From Candidatus Poseidoniaceae archaeon (GTDB lineage Archaea > Thermoplasmatota > Poseidoniia > Poseidoniales > Poseidoniaceae): DNA of 64,000 nt. Under the pieces are notes generated by a model. The model did no database searches, had not been told where the DNA came from, and worked only from the letters and a program-made list of their open reading frames with translations. The translations under genes were made by a program, and so were the position numbers. Location of the stretch: contig CALJHE010000005.1 in the NCBI GenBank assembly GCA_938075675.1, positions 71,097-135,096 of the forward strand, read 5' to 3'. Below, piece by piece: positions 19,422 to 28,118 of the stretch. The first letter of the stretch is position 1. Every line of letters begins with the position of its first letter.

Positions 19422-19820
19422 TTGGCGACATTAACTGAAAAAGCCCGTCAAATTTCAGCCATTGGCTTCGGCGTAGCCTTTGTATGGATTGGAATTCAAC
19501 ATTTCACAAATGTAGGTTTCTTTGTACCCATCGTGCCGGAACTCCTTGGTGCGCCTGAGTTTTGGGTCTACGCCAGTGGAGCAGCGGAAATAGTTCTCGG
19601 CATGAGCATGGTCCATCCTCGAACAAGACAACGAGGGGGAATGGCAACTGCTGCATTCTTGATTCTGGTCTACTGGGCAAATCTGAACATGTGGATGAAC
19701 GATATCCCCATCGATGGTACTACGTTTTCAACATCTGCGCATATTGCACGCGCAATGGCTCAATTCGGAATGATTGGGCTTGCGCTCTGGATTGCAGAGT
19801 GGAAAATTAAGAAAGAGTGA
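19422..19820 (+). CDS. Small 4-TM membrane protein (DoxX-like?) co-oriented with sdhB
   Basis: 132 aa and hydrophobic. Starts 9 nt after sdhB. Confidence 0.35.
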   Translation: MATLTEKARQISAIGFGVAFVWIGIQHFTNVGFFVPIVPELLGAPEFWVYASGAAEIVLGMSMVHPRTRQRGGMATAAFLILVYWANLNMWMNDIPIDGTTFSTSAHIARAMAQFGMIGLALWIAEWKIKKE

Positions 19821-19832
19821 ATGGCTTCTAAT

Positions 19833-19846
19833 CCCTCCGAAGAGGG
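19833..19846. other. Short stem-loop CCCTC-CGAA-GAGGG between convergent genes; possible bidirectional terminator element
   Basis: Seen in the sequence. The minus-strand side is preceded by a T-rich CTTCTTTTCC. Confidence 0.25.
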
Positions 19847-19921
19847 AAAAGAAGCGGCGACCCTTGCGGGAACAAACTTACATCAGCAAGTTTGGAAAAC
19901 ATACAGAAGTTAAATCAGAAC

Positions 19922-20185
19922 TCAAAGGTGTTCGATTCCGGACTTCTTGACGTTGGCCTTCTTGATCTTGTCAGGAAGCCAAGCTGGTCCATTAGCTGGC
20001 TTGTCAACCATGCTAATACTGCCGGTGAAGACGTGGACACGCTTGGTGCCACGCTCACGTAGGCGTATGTTCGTGTGTCCGCGGGTTGCAGCTTTGAGGG
20101 CTGCGCCGCGTGGTTGTTTGCTAGCAAAAACCTGGCTCGTATCTTTTCCGTTCTCCATGAGAACAAAGTATTTTTTATCAGACAT
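19922..20185 (-). CDS. Archaeal chromosomal protein MC1
   Basis: MSDKKYFVLMENGKDTSQVFASKQPRGAALKAATRG...IRLRERGTKRVHVF...PAWLPDKIKKANVKK aligns closely along its length to Methanosarcina/haloarchaeal MC1. 87 aa. Confidence 0.85.
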   Translation of the reverse strand: MSDKKYFVLMENGKDTSQVFASKQPRGAALKAATRGHTNIRLRERGTKRVHVFTGSISMVDKPANGPAWLPDKIKKANVKKSGIEHL

Positions 20186-20221
20186 TTTGGATTTCCTCCG
20201 GTAACTGACAGTTAAGTAGGG

Positions 20222-20227
20222 TATATA
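20222..20227 (-). promoter_or_regulatory. TATA box (TATATA) about 37-42 nt upstream of the MC1 ATG
   Basis: GGGTATATAGTA read in the sequence. This is the only strong TATA in the MC1 upstream region. Confidence 0.45.
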
Positions 20228-20362
20228 GTATTTCCCCCGTTAAAACGCCATACTGCGCCATATAAGCGACGCAGTGCCCCGTTCCGAAGGCGATTTTAAC
20301 GCCATCAAGCCTCAGTACAACGGTTGTAAAAAAGTGCAAAATGATGGAGAAAGATTCGAGAT

Positions 20363-20632
20363 TTACAATTCTGCTCCAGCAAGAGTTTTCGTATCAATAA
20401 TACCGGGAATCTGACGAATAGATTCAACAACCGATTGTGCGATGACTGCAAGACTCTCAGCAACGAGTTTGACGATAAGGTCATGATCTCCAAACAAGAG
20501 AGTAGCATCATCAACATTCGGCATATCTTTCACCGCCAAGTAAACTTCGTGCTCTTTACCAGGTGCGACGTTAATCAGGACATATCCTACTGCCATTGCA
20601 ATCGTGCCTACCAGATGCTCAAAGCACATCAA
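20363..20632 (-). CDS. Stand-alone Lrp/AsnC C-terminal (RAM) ligand-binding domain protein
   Basis: 89 aa. VGTIAMAVGYVLINVAPGKEHEVYLAVKDMPNVDDATLLFGDHDLIVKL is the AsnC_trans_reg beta-alpha-beta-beta-alpha-beta pattern. No HTH domain. Confidence 0.6.
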   Translation of the reverse strand: MMCFEHLVGTIAMAVGYVLINVAPGKEHEVYLAVKDMPNVDDATLLFGDHDLIVKLVAESLAVIAQSVVESIRQIPGIIDTKTLAGAEL

Positions 20633-20644
20633 CTCTTCTCCGTA

Positions 20645-23600
20645 TCACTGCTGTGAGTCAAGAAGTTCCAGTTGTCCATCGGTGAATTCCATCCATTTGG
20701 GCAGTGTCCAGCCACTCGGCATTTCACCCTCAAGCCAAACTCGGTACTGTTCGCGACTCCAACCTGCAGGCAATTGAAGGGCTGGAGAGCCTTCAATTGG
20801 CTGTTCTTGAATCCCCTCATCCGAGCCCTCAGTTTCAACTTGCCACAGGGGCGTGTCTACTCCTTTCTGCTTTCGTCGCCAAAGGACGGTGGTAGCAAGA
20901 AGGACGACCAGCAGGATTGCACCTCCGAACAGCAACGGCGTAGACAACGAACGTACATCTTCAGATTCATTAGCAGCTACGGTTTGATTGCAATCCAGAC
21001 ATGGAGGTTCGGGTTTGAGCGTAATACTAAATTCAGAACGATTCGATTGCGACCATGAGTCGGTGCATGTTGTAGATACGAGGAGCGTTGCATTACTGAG
21101 TGCTCCAGTGGTTGGGTACTGAAATTGTATTGAGGCAGAGGTAGGAGATTGGGGAACCAGAGAAACCTGTAATTCTGCGAGCATGGTATTGTTTTGATAG
21201 ATCTGGGCCATGCATTCAATATCATCCGTTCCATCTTGGTCGACAACTGTACCCGTAATGGAAAGAAGTTCACCCGCTGATTTGTTTTCCAATACCTCAA
21301 CCGTGGTTTGTGGCATTGCATGATAAAACGGTACTTCGAGATTGAAGGAACGAACGAGACCATCGATATCACGCGCTGTGAACAGGACTTGCCCTTCACC
21401 ATCAATGAAGGTCCCATCAAGTCGCAATCGGAATTTGTAAAGAGAATCCAAATCTTGGAAATCGGGGAACGATGCGCAGGAAGAAATCGAGGTACTGTTG
21501 GGAGCGACAGAACCGAGAGATGGCGCATCAACAGACCATCCCAACTGTGACAATGTCGCTTGAAGTCTATCGATTGGACGTTCCGACTGCAAGTGAACCA
21601 GCATGTAGCCAGTCTGTCCAAATCGCAACGAATCGATGGACCCTGTTTCATCGCACAGGTGTGCAGCGACTACGATTGGCGTTGTCAAGAGCAACGGCAA
21701 TTCAAACTGTTGGGTGAACGCTGAACCGTGCCGACCAGTCATGTCCAAAGTCAAACTCAATTCACCGGTTTCCAAAGGAACGGACAGCGATGGAAGTTCA
21801 ATCAAAACGGGATTACGAATATCAGAAGCATCAACCGGGATTGTTGTTCGCTCAGCTCCTGGCCAATCGATGTGTAAGTCTCCAGTGGCAGAAGAAAGCG
21901 GGTCATCGGTATCGATAAACACAATGTGAGCATATTCCTCTCCGCCTCCTCGTACGCTGTCCAATGCATTGCCATCCTTATCAACGACCTCAATGGCCGC
22001 AGAAGGCGCTCTGTCTCCAACCGATATGATTCGCGAGTTCAGCAGCAGACCGGACGAATCACGGACTTCAAAAGTCACGTCAATGAGCGCAGTGTTGACT
22101 TCACGCAGATATTCACCAACATAGCAATGGTGGGTGTTATCGGCTTGTTGCTCGTAACTCATGTTACCAAGAAGACCTGCTGATGCAAGAAGTGTCGGTT
22201 GCTGTGTGGTTCGATTAAAGTCTGCATCAAGGGCACAAATTCTCCAATTCACCGTTTCGCCTCGATACATCATACCTTGCGGCTGATAGGGGAGTTGATT
22301 GATTCCTGACCAAGTCGGAGAATCTACACCGCTGATGTGTGGTCCAAACCATTGAGCTTGTGCATCCACAATAATGGCCACCGATGCGTCGAGCAAATGC
22401 CCTTGCTGCATACTGATATCATGGGCTGTCGCTCGCAAAACCAAAGTCCCCAAGGAGAGTGAGGCTGGAAGAGTAATCGAAGCCTGCCAGCGAAGTGTGT
22501 CGATACGCCCGGTTGCTTGTGAGAACCACTCAAGGTTGGAAAGATCTGTCGTATTCGTGGCTACAGACCATTCCAAGTCAACAGATGTAACATTGACATC
22601 GTCGGATGCTTCGATGGTACAGATGAAGTTATCACCACGCGCATACACTTGTGAGTCACAATAGACGCTCTCGACGACTGGAGGGGCGTTTACCCAGATC
22701 CGCAGCGTGACGAGGTTGTTGCTCACATTCCGTTCATAAGACCCGTTGCTGGCGTTTGAATAGCGGATTCGTAAATCCATCCATCCCGTCTTTTCAGGAA
22801 TAACGGTCAGATTGTACAGAATCCTTGAACCGCTCATATCTCCTGCTGGAAGCGAAATGTTCCCGTTGTAGAGTTCGATGTTACCTTGAATATCTTGTAC
22901 CAAAAGCGAACCATTCGAACCAGACATGCCTCGATTCTCAAGAGCAAGTTGTATGTGAGATGGCTGCATGTAAGAGGGGTTGCCGAGTTGCCGAGCACCA
23001 AATATGTTGATGTCGTGATGGAGATCAGCATAGGGTGCCATTTTTGGGTCGCCAACGGTAACGCCCATCCAACTTGTCTGTAAATTCGCAGCAGCATGAG
23101 CTTCAGCCAAATTAAATCCTTGAGCATACAAACTCAGTAGTGTACTTGGTGAGCCAACAGCGGTCAAGTATGGTTCGTAGACATATCCCTTGACGCCGGA
23201 GACTCCATCCTCCAACAAATCAGCGATGAGAGATTGCCCGTATGCGGTATTGGCGTCGAAAGAGCGACCTCCTGTTGAAACGGCTGTTTCAGCAATAGAA
23301 CCGTTGACCCAAGAATTGTGGGGGAGAATTGGATGCAAGTTCATAGTATCGAGATAGACTGAACCGTCGGTCGATGTTGCTACAATGTCAAGTGGGACTC
23401 GAACACGCATCGTGACTGTATCGACTGGTGGGCGGAATCGCATTGTTTGTGATTCCCATGATGGTGCAAAAATCTTCGATTGAGACTGATTGCTGGCGAG
23501 GAGTGTCCCGTTTGTATCGAACGAATCAATCTCGATTGTGAAATCTCCATAAACATCACCAGTCCGTTGGCCATAGACCGAGATTAGCCATGCGTGGTCC

Positions 23601-25900
23601 TTCAAATCAGCCGGTAGCACGTATGTTTGTTCAATTGATGCCACGGATTGTCCAGTTCCGGAATAGGCCGAACAGTCACGATAAATATCACGGTGAAGCG
23701 TGGTGATTTCGTGATCTTGCAACGCCACATCCCATACCATGACGTTGTCAATCATGCCTTCGAAGAATGAGGTGCCCGCACGATTAACACCGAGTTTGTA
23801 CAGGTCAATGTTGTTCAATGCACCAGAAGGATACGTGGTTGAACGAACCAGCACTCCATCGAGGTATTGCCTAGCCGTGGCGCCCTCAAAAACAGTGGCC
23901 AAGTGAGTCCACTCCTGTGCTTGAACTGCACCAAAAGTTTGCGATTGGTTCGTATGCAGTTTCCATTCACCGTTCACAACAGCGTGCTGGAACGAACCGT
24001 TCGAACCTGCAGCATTATCAACGGCAAAAACAGATGCATAGGTCGGTAAGGAGGAAGTATTGGCCCAAACCCACTGGCTGACGGTAAAATTACCACCCCA
24101 GTCATCGACGTCGACATCAATGTAATCGTCGATACCGTCGTACCAGAGACAAGAGCCATCGACGCACGTTTTCCAGTTACTGGAGTCCATGTTATTGAGT
24201 GTGAACGAGGTACTCGAGTTCACGGAATCTTGAGCAAGGCTTCCACTGCCGTCCTCAAAATCCCAATGATGGATAAGATTAGCTTCCGAAGGAATGTATG
24301 AATCGGACAGCGAGAAGGCTGAGGATGGAATAAGCGATTTACTTTGATTCGGGCCTTCCCATGAAAGTTGCAAGCCGTGTGGCCCGCCGCCTTGGAAGAA
24401 CTCAACCTTGAAGTCATGCTTTCCTGCATCAAGTTGGATGTACTGAGAAATCTCTCTCATTCCGTGTGAACCGTAATTGGTGACCAAACTTTGTCCATCC
24501 AGCCATAGTTCCGAACCATCATCGGATGTCAGATAGAAGGTCCAATTGCCTGTTTCCGGCACTTCGATAAGACCACTAAATCGAGCACCCCAATCGTTTT
24601 GAAAGCGATTATCGAGTCCGGCATAAGCCTGCGATGAGGATGAATATTGCAACGATGACTCGAGCCTCACGTGGTCGGGTACACGGTCAATAAGCGTCGG
24701 CATAGATGAGGTGCTGAAACTCACTCCGTTGTTGTCAAAGAATTCAGCAAGTATGCCTTGCGTACCGTTCCCAGGTTCTTGAGTGCAAACCGCAGAGATG
24801 GATGCCTCCAAGGCATTGTTACCGTCTCTCTTGACATCGGATTGCGTACTCCACTCAAAGGTATCACCTGATGAAAGCGTGGGCAAGGTCGCATTCCAAT
24901 ACCGCGCTCCGCTGGAATACGTCGCATCTGCAGTATTGAATCCGGAATTTGGCAGTTTGTTTTCGTTCCAATTACCGTCGTTGGAACCCCATGAAGCATA
25001 GCCCATCACATTGGAAACATTGGTCATGAACTGAGTTGTATCATCAAATACTGTGTCTAAACCCATGCTTCCATTCAATACTCCATCTGCAGTGTAGAGG
25101 TCATCGTTCCAGAACTTGTAACCCGAACCGTTGCGATTGGTTGCCAAGTCAAGTGCAAACACGCCCCGTTCTCCAAGGCTGTTGTTTGCTTTTTCAATCA
25201 AACCTAAAGCGGTTTCAACGGTGTATCCAGTGAGCCGGGTCATCAAGAAAAAACCGTACTGGTCACGCGAAAACGCTTCCATTTGACTTCCTGCCAAAGG
25301 ACCGTACCCGTGTTCGACCCAGTAATCTGAACCAATGCTGGAGGAAAGACTGCCACCCAACAATGAAAATTCTTGGTCAAAACTTGCTTTGTTGTTCCCA
25401 CCGCTGATCCGCAAAGGTGTACCTTTGGTTGAAACGAGATAATTCAGTTCTGTTTCCGAAGAACGATTGGCGAGCATTTCCAAAAAAGGGTCAGCGAAAT
25501 ACTGGTCAAACTGATCCCTGTTGATGGTTTCTTTCGTTGGTGCACTCGAATTATTGAAAATAAAGATGTTCTCTTCGGGAATGTTACGAGCTTCGATAAA
25601 AGCCCAGCCGATGGTTCGGCTTGCTTCTGAGTTGTTGTTGATGAGAACGCCGACATCAGAGTAGTCATAGACGGTGAGAAAGTCAAACCCTCCAGGTTGA
25701 GCAATGTCAAACCAAGGCGTTTGATTCCAAACATCGTCATTCGAGTCGCTAAAAAACCCAGTAAATGCATCATGAAGAGGTCGAGAATGGTTGGAATCAA
25801 CCGTTGAATCACCGGTTATGGAGTGCGTCAATAATGGCGAAGAAGCGCTGCCAATCAAGAACAGCAAAGTCATCAGAAGACTCGAAAACCTCCTGTCCAT
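20645..25900 (-). CDS. Giant cell-surface protein B, 1,751 aa. Order: signal peptide, large N-terminal region, PA14 domain, LamG/ConA-like lectin domain, extended Ser/Thr/Asn-rich region, single C-terminal TM helix, 77-aa cytoplasmic tail.
   Basis: Complete ORF with ATG at 25900. The N-terminus MDRRFSSLLMTLLFLIGSASS could be a twin-arginine signal. The PA14 motif is FSGLIEVPETGNWTFYLTSDDGSELWLDGQSLV...KVEFFQGGGPHGLQLSWEGP. The LamG_3-like segment is LIHHWDFEDGSGSLAQDS...CLWYDGIDDYIDV...EWTHLATVF...GMIDNVMVWDVALQDHEI. The TM helix is LLFGGAILLVVLLATTVLW, followed by RRKQK and a Trp-rich tail. Confidence 0.75.
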   Translation of the reverse strand: MDRRFSSLLMTLLFLIGSASSPLLTHSITGDSTVDSNHSRPLHDAFTGFFSDSNDDVWNQTPWFDIAQPGGFDFLTVYDYSDVGVLINNNSEASRTIGWAFIEARNIPEENIFIFNNSSAPTKETINRDQFDQYFADPFLEMLANRSSETELNYLVSTKGTPLRISGGNNKASFDQEFSLLGGSLSSSIGSDYWVEHGYGPLAGSQMEAFSRDQYGFFLMTRLTGYTVETALGLIEKANNSLGERGVFALDLATNRNGSGYKFWNDDLYTADGVLNGSMGLDTVFDDTTQFMTNVSNVMGYASWGSNDGNWNENKLPNSGFNTADATYSSGARYWNATLPTLSSGDTFEWSTQSDVKRDGNNALEASISAVCTQEPGNGTQGILAEFFDNNGVSFSTSSMPTLIDRVPDHVRLESSLQYSSSSQAYAGLDNRFQNDWGARFSGLIEVPETGNWTFYLTSDDGSELWLDGQSLVTNYGSHGMREISQYIQLDAGKHDFKVEFFQGGGPHGLQLSWEGPNQSKSLIPSSAFSLSDSYIPSEANLIHHWDFEDGSGSLAQDSVNSSTSFTLNNMDSSNWKTCVDGSCLWYDGIDDYIDVDVDDWGGNFTVSQWVWANTSSLPTYASVFAVDNAAGSNGSFQHAVVNGEWKLHTNQSQTFGAVQAQEWTHLATVFEGATARQYLDGVLVRSTTYPSGALNNIDLYKLGVNRAGTSFFEGMIDNVMVWDVALQDHEITTLHRDIYRDCSAYSGTGQSVASIEQTYVLPADLKDHAWLISVYGQRTGDVYGDFTIEIDSFDTNGTLLASNQSQSKIFAPSWESQTMRFRPPVDTVTMRVRVPLDIVATSTDGSVYLDTMNLHPILPHNSWVNGSIAETAVSTGGRSFDANTAYGQSLIADLLEDGVSGVKGYVYEPYLTAVGSPSTLLSLYAQGFNLAEAHAAANLQTSWMGVTVGDPKMAPYADLHHDINIFGARQLGNPSYMQPSHIQLALENRGMSGSNGSLLVQDIQGNIELYNGNISLPAGDMSGSRILYNLTVIPEKTGWMDLRIRYSNASNGSYERNVSNNLVTLRIWVNAPPVVESVYCDSQVYARGDNFICTIEASDDVNVTSVDLEWSVATNTTDLSNLEWFSQATGRIDTLRWQASITLPASLSLGTLVLRATAHDISMQQGHLLDASVAIIVDAQAQWFGPHISGVDSPTWSGINQLPYQPQGMMYRGETVNWRICALDADFNRTTQQPTLLASAGLLGNMSYEQQADNTHHCYVGEYLREVNTALIDVTFEVRDSSGLLLNSRIISVGDRAPSAAIEVVDKDGNALDSVRGGGEEYAHIVFIDTDDPLSSATGDLHIDWPGAERTTIPVDASDIRNPVLIELPSLSVPLETGELSLTLDMTGRHGSAFTQQFELPLLLTTPIVVAAHLCDETGSIDSLRFGQTGYMLVHLQSERPIDRLQATLSQLGWSVDAPSLGSVAPNSTSISSCASFPDFQDLDSLYKFRLRLDGTFIDGEGQVLFTARDIDGLVRSFNLEVPFYHAMPQTTVEVLENKSAGELLSITGTVVDQDGTDDIECMAQIYQNNTMLAELQVSLVPQSPTSASIQFQYPTTGALSNATLLVSTTCTDSWSQSNRSEFSITLKPEPPCLDCNQTVAANESEDVRSLSTPLLFGGAILLVVLLATTVLWRRKQKGVDTPLWQVETEGSDEGIQEQPIEGSPALQLPAGWSREQYRVWLEGEMPSGWTLPKWMEFTDGQLELLDSQQ

Positions 25901-26055
25901 GCCATGGTGTACGAGTAATAGCGTTTAGAAATGCCGCCATTAAGTCACTGCGGCGAAGAATATTGTTGAGAGTCGGCTATCGTAAAAATCTCAAAATCAA
26001 AGGTTTTCATGATTTAACTGCGAACTTGATAAGTAAGGTGGCCTCTCTTGACTGG

Positions 26056-26685
26056 ATGATGGCAGAACTCTACATGGCTCGGACATGCAAATGGGGAACT
26101 CTTCGCGTCGTTGGTGGGGATGTATGGAACCACAGCGGAGATGTATTGATTACACCTGCGAACAACAGACTCTCCGGAAGAGAAGGTCTTGATGCTCAAA
26201 TCCACGCAAAAGCAGGCGAAGAACTCACTCAAGTTACGCGCAATATTTGCTTGGAAATGCGTAAAATTAACGCTCCACCGTGTGCAGTAACACAAAACGT
26301 AGTTACCGAACCTTTCGCTCTTTCATCCAACTACAAGCACATCATTCACGTCGTCGGACCGGACTGCCGACGACCAAACCAAGACGAAGCACGGAGAACT
26401 CTGCTCCCAGAAACCTACCAAAACCTGTTTGCTACGCTCGCAGAATTGGACGATGTGAAAACGATTGTCTCACCTCCACTCTCCATGGGTATCTTTGCAT
26501 ACCCGCATCGAGAAGGTGCACGACTGACTTTGGAAATCCTCCTTGGCGTCCTTGACGGCGAAGAAGATCCCGGCATCTCAGAGTATACAATCGTCGTAAA
26601 AGAAAGAAATTTCATCAACAACATGCGAATTGTCTACAGAGAAACAGAAGACCAACTTCCAGGTTACGACACTACATCTGCTTGA
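26056..26685 (+). CDS. Macro domain protein (ADP-ribose / O-acetyl-ADP-ribose binding or hydrolysing)
   Basis: LRVVGGDVWNHSGDVLITPANNRLSGREGLDAQIHAKAG, HIIHVVGP and IVSPPLSMGIFAYP match the macro-domain motifs GDIT..AIVNAAN...GGGV, HTVGP and SIAFPAISTGIYGYP. Start set at ATG 26056, because the track extension overlaps the protein B start. Confidence 0.65.
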   Translation: MMAELYMARTCKWGTLRVVGGDVWNHSGDVLITPANNRLSGREGLDAQIHAKAGEELTQVTRNICLEMRKINAPPCAVTQNVVTEPFALSSNYKHIIHVVGPDCRRPNQDEARRTLLPETYQNLFATLAELDDVKTIVSPPLSMGIFAYPHREGARLTLEILLGVLDGEEDPGISEYTIVVKERNFINNMRIVYRETEDQLPGYDTTSA

Positions 26686-26695
26686 GGCGAAGGCA

Positions 26696-27544
26696 ATGGT
26701 CGACCTCGCAGCGATGGTCACCAGCACGCTAAGCAGCGAACGCCGCACATTCCAGTCGGTCCTAATGCTAGCGAACAGTGTTCGTAAAGTGAAGATGGTG
26801 GCTGAAGTTCTGCCGAAAGAACTTGATTTGAAAGTACTTTCAAGTCAAAACCGTGTCGTTGAAGCGCTCCACGAAGCAGGCATCGAAAGTTCACTGCTTG
26901 AAGAGAGTCTGAGTTCACAAGGCCTTGGCGTACTCAATCACATGCACGATTTAGTCCTCCAAGCGATTGGAGAAGGCAACCTGGCCAGTGGAGAACGTTT
27001 GCTCGTGGTCTTGGCTGAACCCCTTGATGGCGTCATAGTCGTGGATACATCGAACCTCAACTCAAACCGATTTGCAAGCATAGCCCAAGAGTACAGTATG
27101 GACTTGGAAGTCCTCACTAAAATGATGCATTTAGCTCGACACATCGGTTCAAGAGGGCGTGAAGGTCATGCCATCGGCGCTTTGTTCGCTCTTGGGCCGT
27201 TACCAGCTCTACGAAAACATACAACTGCGTTAGTTCTCAACCCGTTCAAAGGCCATCCGCCTGAAAAGAGAAGCATTCTCGATGAAGCAAATCATGAGAC
27301 CCTTGCTGAATTCGCATGGCTCGATGGAGCCATCCTGTTCAACCGCGAAGGGATTGCAAGTGACGCTGGGCGTTACATCCAGGTTCCAGCAGGTATTACG
27401 CCGAAGCCTGGCGAAGGCGGTCGGCATTTAGCCGCACGGGCGATATCACAACTTGTCGAAGGAATCGCAGTGTGTGTTTCATCCTCCGGTTCAATAACAA
27501 TGTATGCGAACGGTAGAAACCGATACCGTGTCAAGTTGAATTAA
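26696..27544 (+). CDS. dacZ: Diadenylate cyclase (DAC domain; c-di-AMP synthase, archaeal DacZ type)
   Basis: HAIGALFALG, WLDGAILFNREGIASDAG, GGRHLAARAISQLVEGIAVCVSSSGSITMYANG align to the CdaA/DisA motifs GALIVIE, LHDGAVII and GTRHRAA..IVSEETG. The 26696 start (MVDL) avoids overlap with the macro gene; the track start 26630 is an alternative. Confidence 0.7.
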   Translation: MVDLAAMVTSTLSSERRTFQSVLMLANSVRKVKMVAEVLPKELDLKVLSSQNRVVEALHEAGIESSLLEESLSSQGLGVLNHMHDLVLQAIGEGNLASGERLLVVLAEPLDGVIVVDTSNLNSNRFASIAQEYSMDLEVLTKMMHLARHIGSRGREGHAIGALFALGPLPALRKHTTALVLNPFKGHPPEKRSILDEANHETLAEFAWLDGAILFNREGIASDAGRYIQVPAGITPKPGEGGRHLAARAISQLVEGIAVCVSSSGSITMYANGRNRYRVKLN

Positions 27545-28087
27545 TTATTCGGATTCATCGGTACGAACACGAGAATCAAGATTGCGTTCAACCGAACCTA
27601 AACTGGCACTGGTCGCCAGGAAATCCATCCGTACTGCATCAAGATTAGAGTGGTTAAGGTTACGCTCGATACTCATCTTGGTTCGATTGATTGAAGCGAT
27701 TCGTTGAGTTCTGTCTTTCGGCCGCAGTACATCTCCTCGCTGACTCATGAGCCATTCTTCCAAAAGCGCTTGACCCCATTCTGGTGCTCGCAAACGAGCT
27801 GCCAAGTGAATTTCCAATTGTCGGTGACGGAAACGAACTCGACCGTCTGCGGTTCGGAACGCCTGTATTGAGCCTGGGTTCCAACGATCAAGAGGAATCT
27901 GTAGGTGCTCTTTACATTCAAGGGAACCGTCGTTCTCTATAACAAAATCTGCAATCAAGACACTTCGATTGAGTCGCATGAATACTTGGGCCATGTCCTC
28001 ATCAGTATGCCATTCAGAAATTGCTTGCGGAAGTTGCCCCCACTCATGTTCACACCATCTTTCGAGGGCTGGCCTGTACGACTCCAT
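27545..28087 (-). CDS. Hypothetical Trp/Arg-rich protein, 180 aa
   Basis: ORF only. No recognisable motif. Convergent with dacZ. Confidence 0.3.
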   Translation of the reverse strand: MESYRPALERWCEHEWGQLPQAISEWHTDEDMAQVFMRLNRSVLIADFVIENDGSLECKEHLQIPLDRWNPGSIQAFRTADGRVRFRHRQLEIHLAARLRAPEWGQALLEEWLMSQRGDVLRPKDRTQRIASINRTKMSIERNLNHSNLDAVRMDFLATSASLGSVERNLDSRVRTDESE

Positions 28088-28118
28088 GTGAATCGCTCAT
28101 GGCGAACCATCATCAAGT

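Noticed and set aside
20977-21651. 224-aa minus-strand ORF within the giant protein B locus
   Set aside because: It is an alternative frame of the same strand inside a continuous 1,751-aa ORF whose domain motifs (PA14, LamG) are in the main frame.
25765-26055. N-terminal extension of the macro-domain ORF
   Set aside because: It would overlap the start codon and promoter region of divergent giant protein B and begins at a non-canonical start. The macro-domain homology begins after the ATG at 26056.
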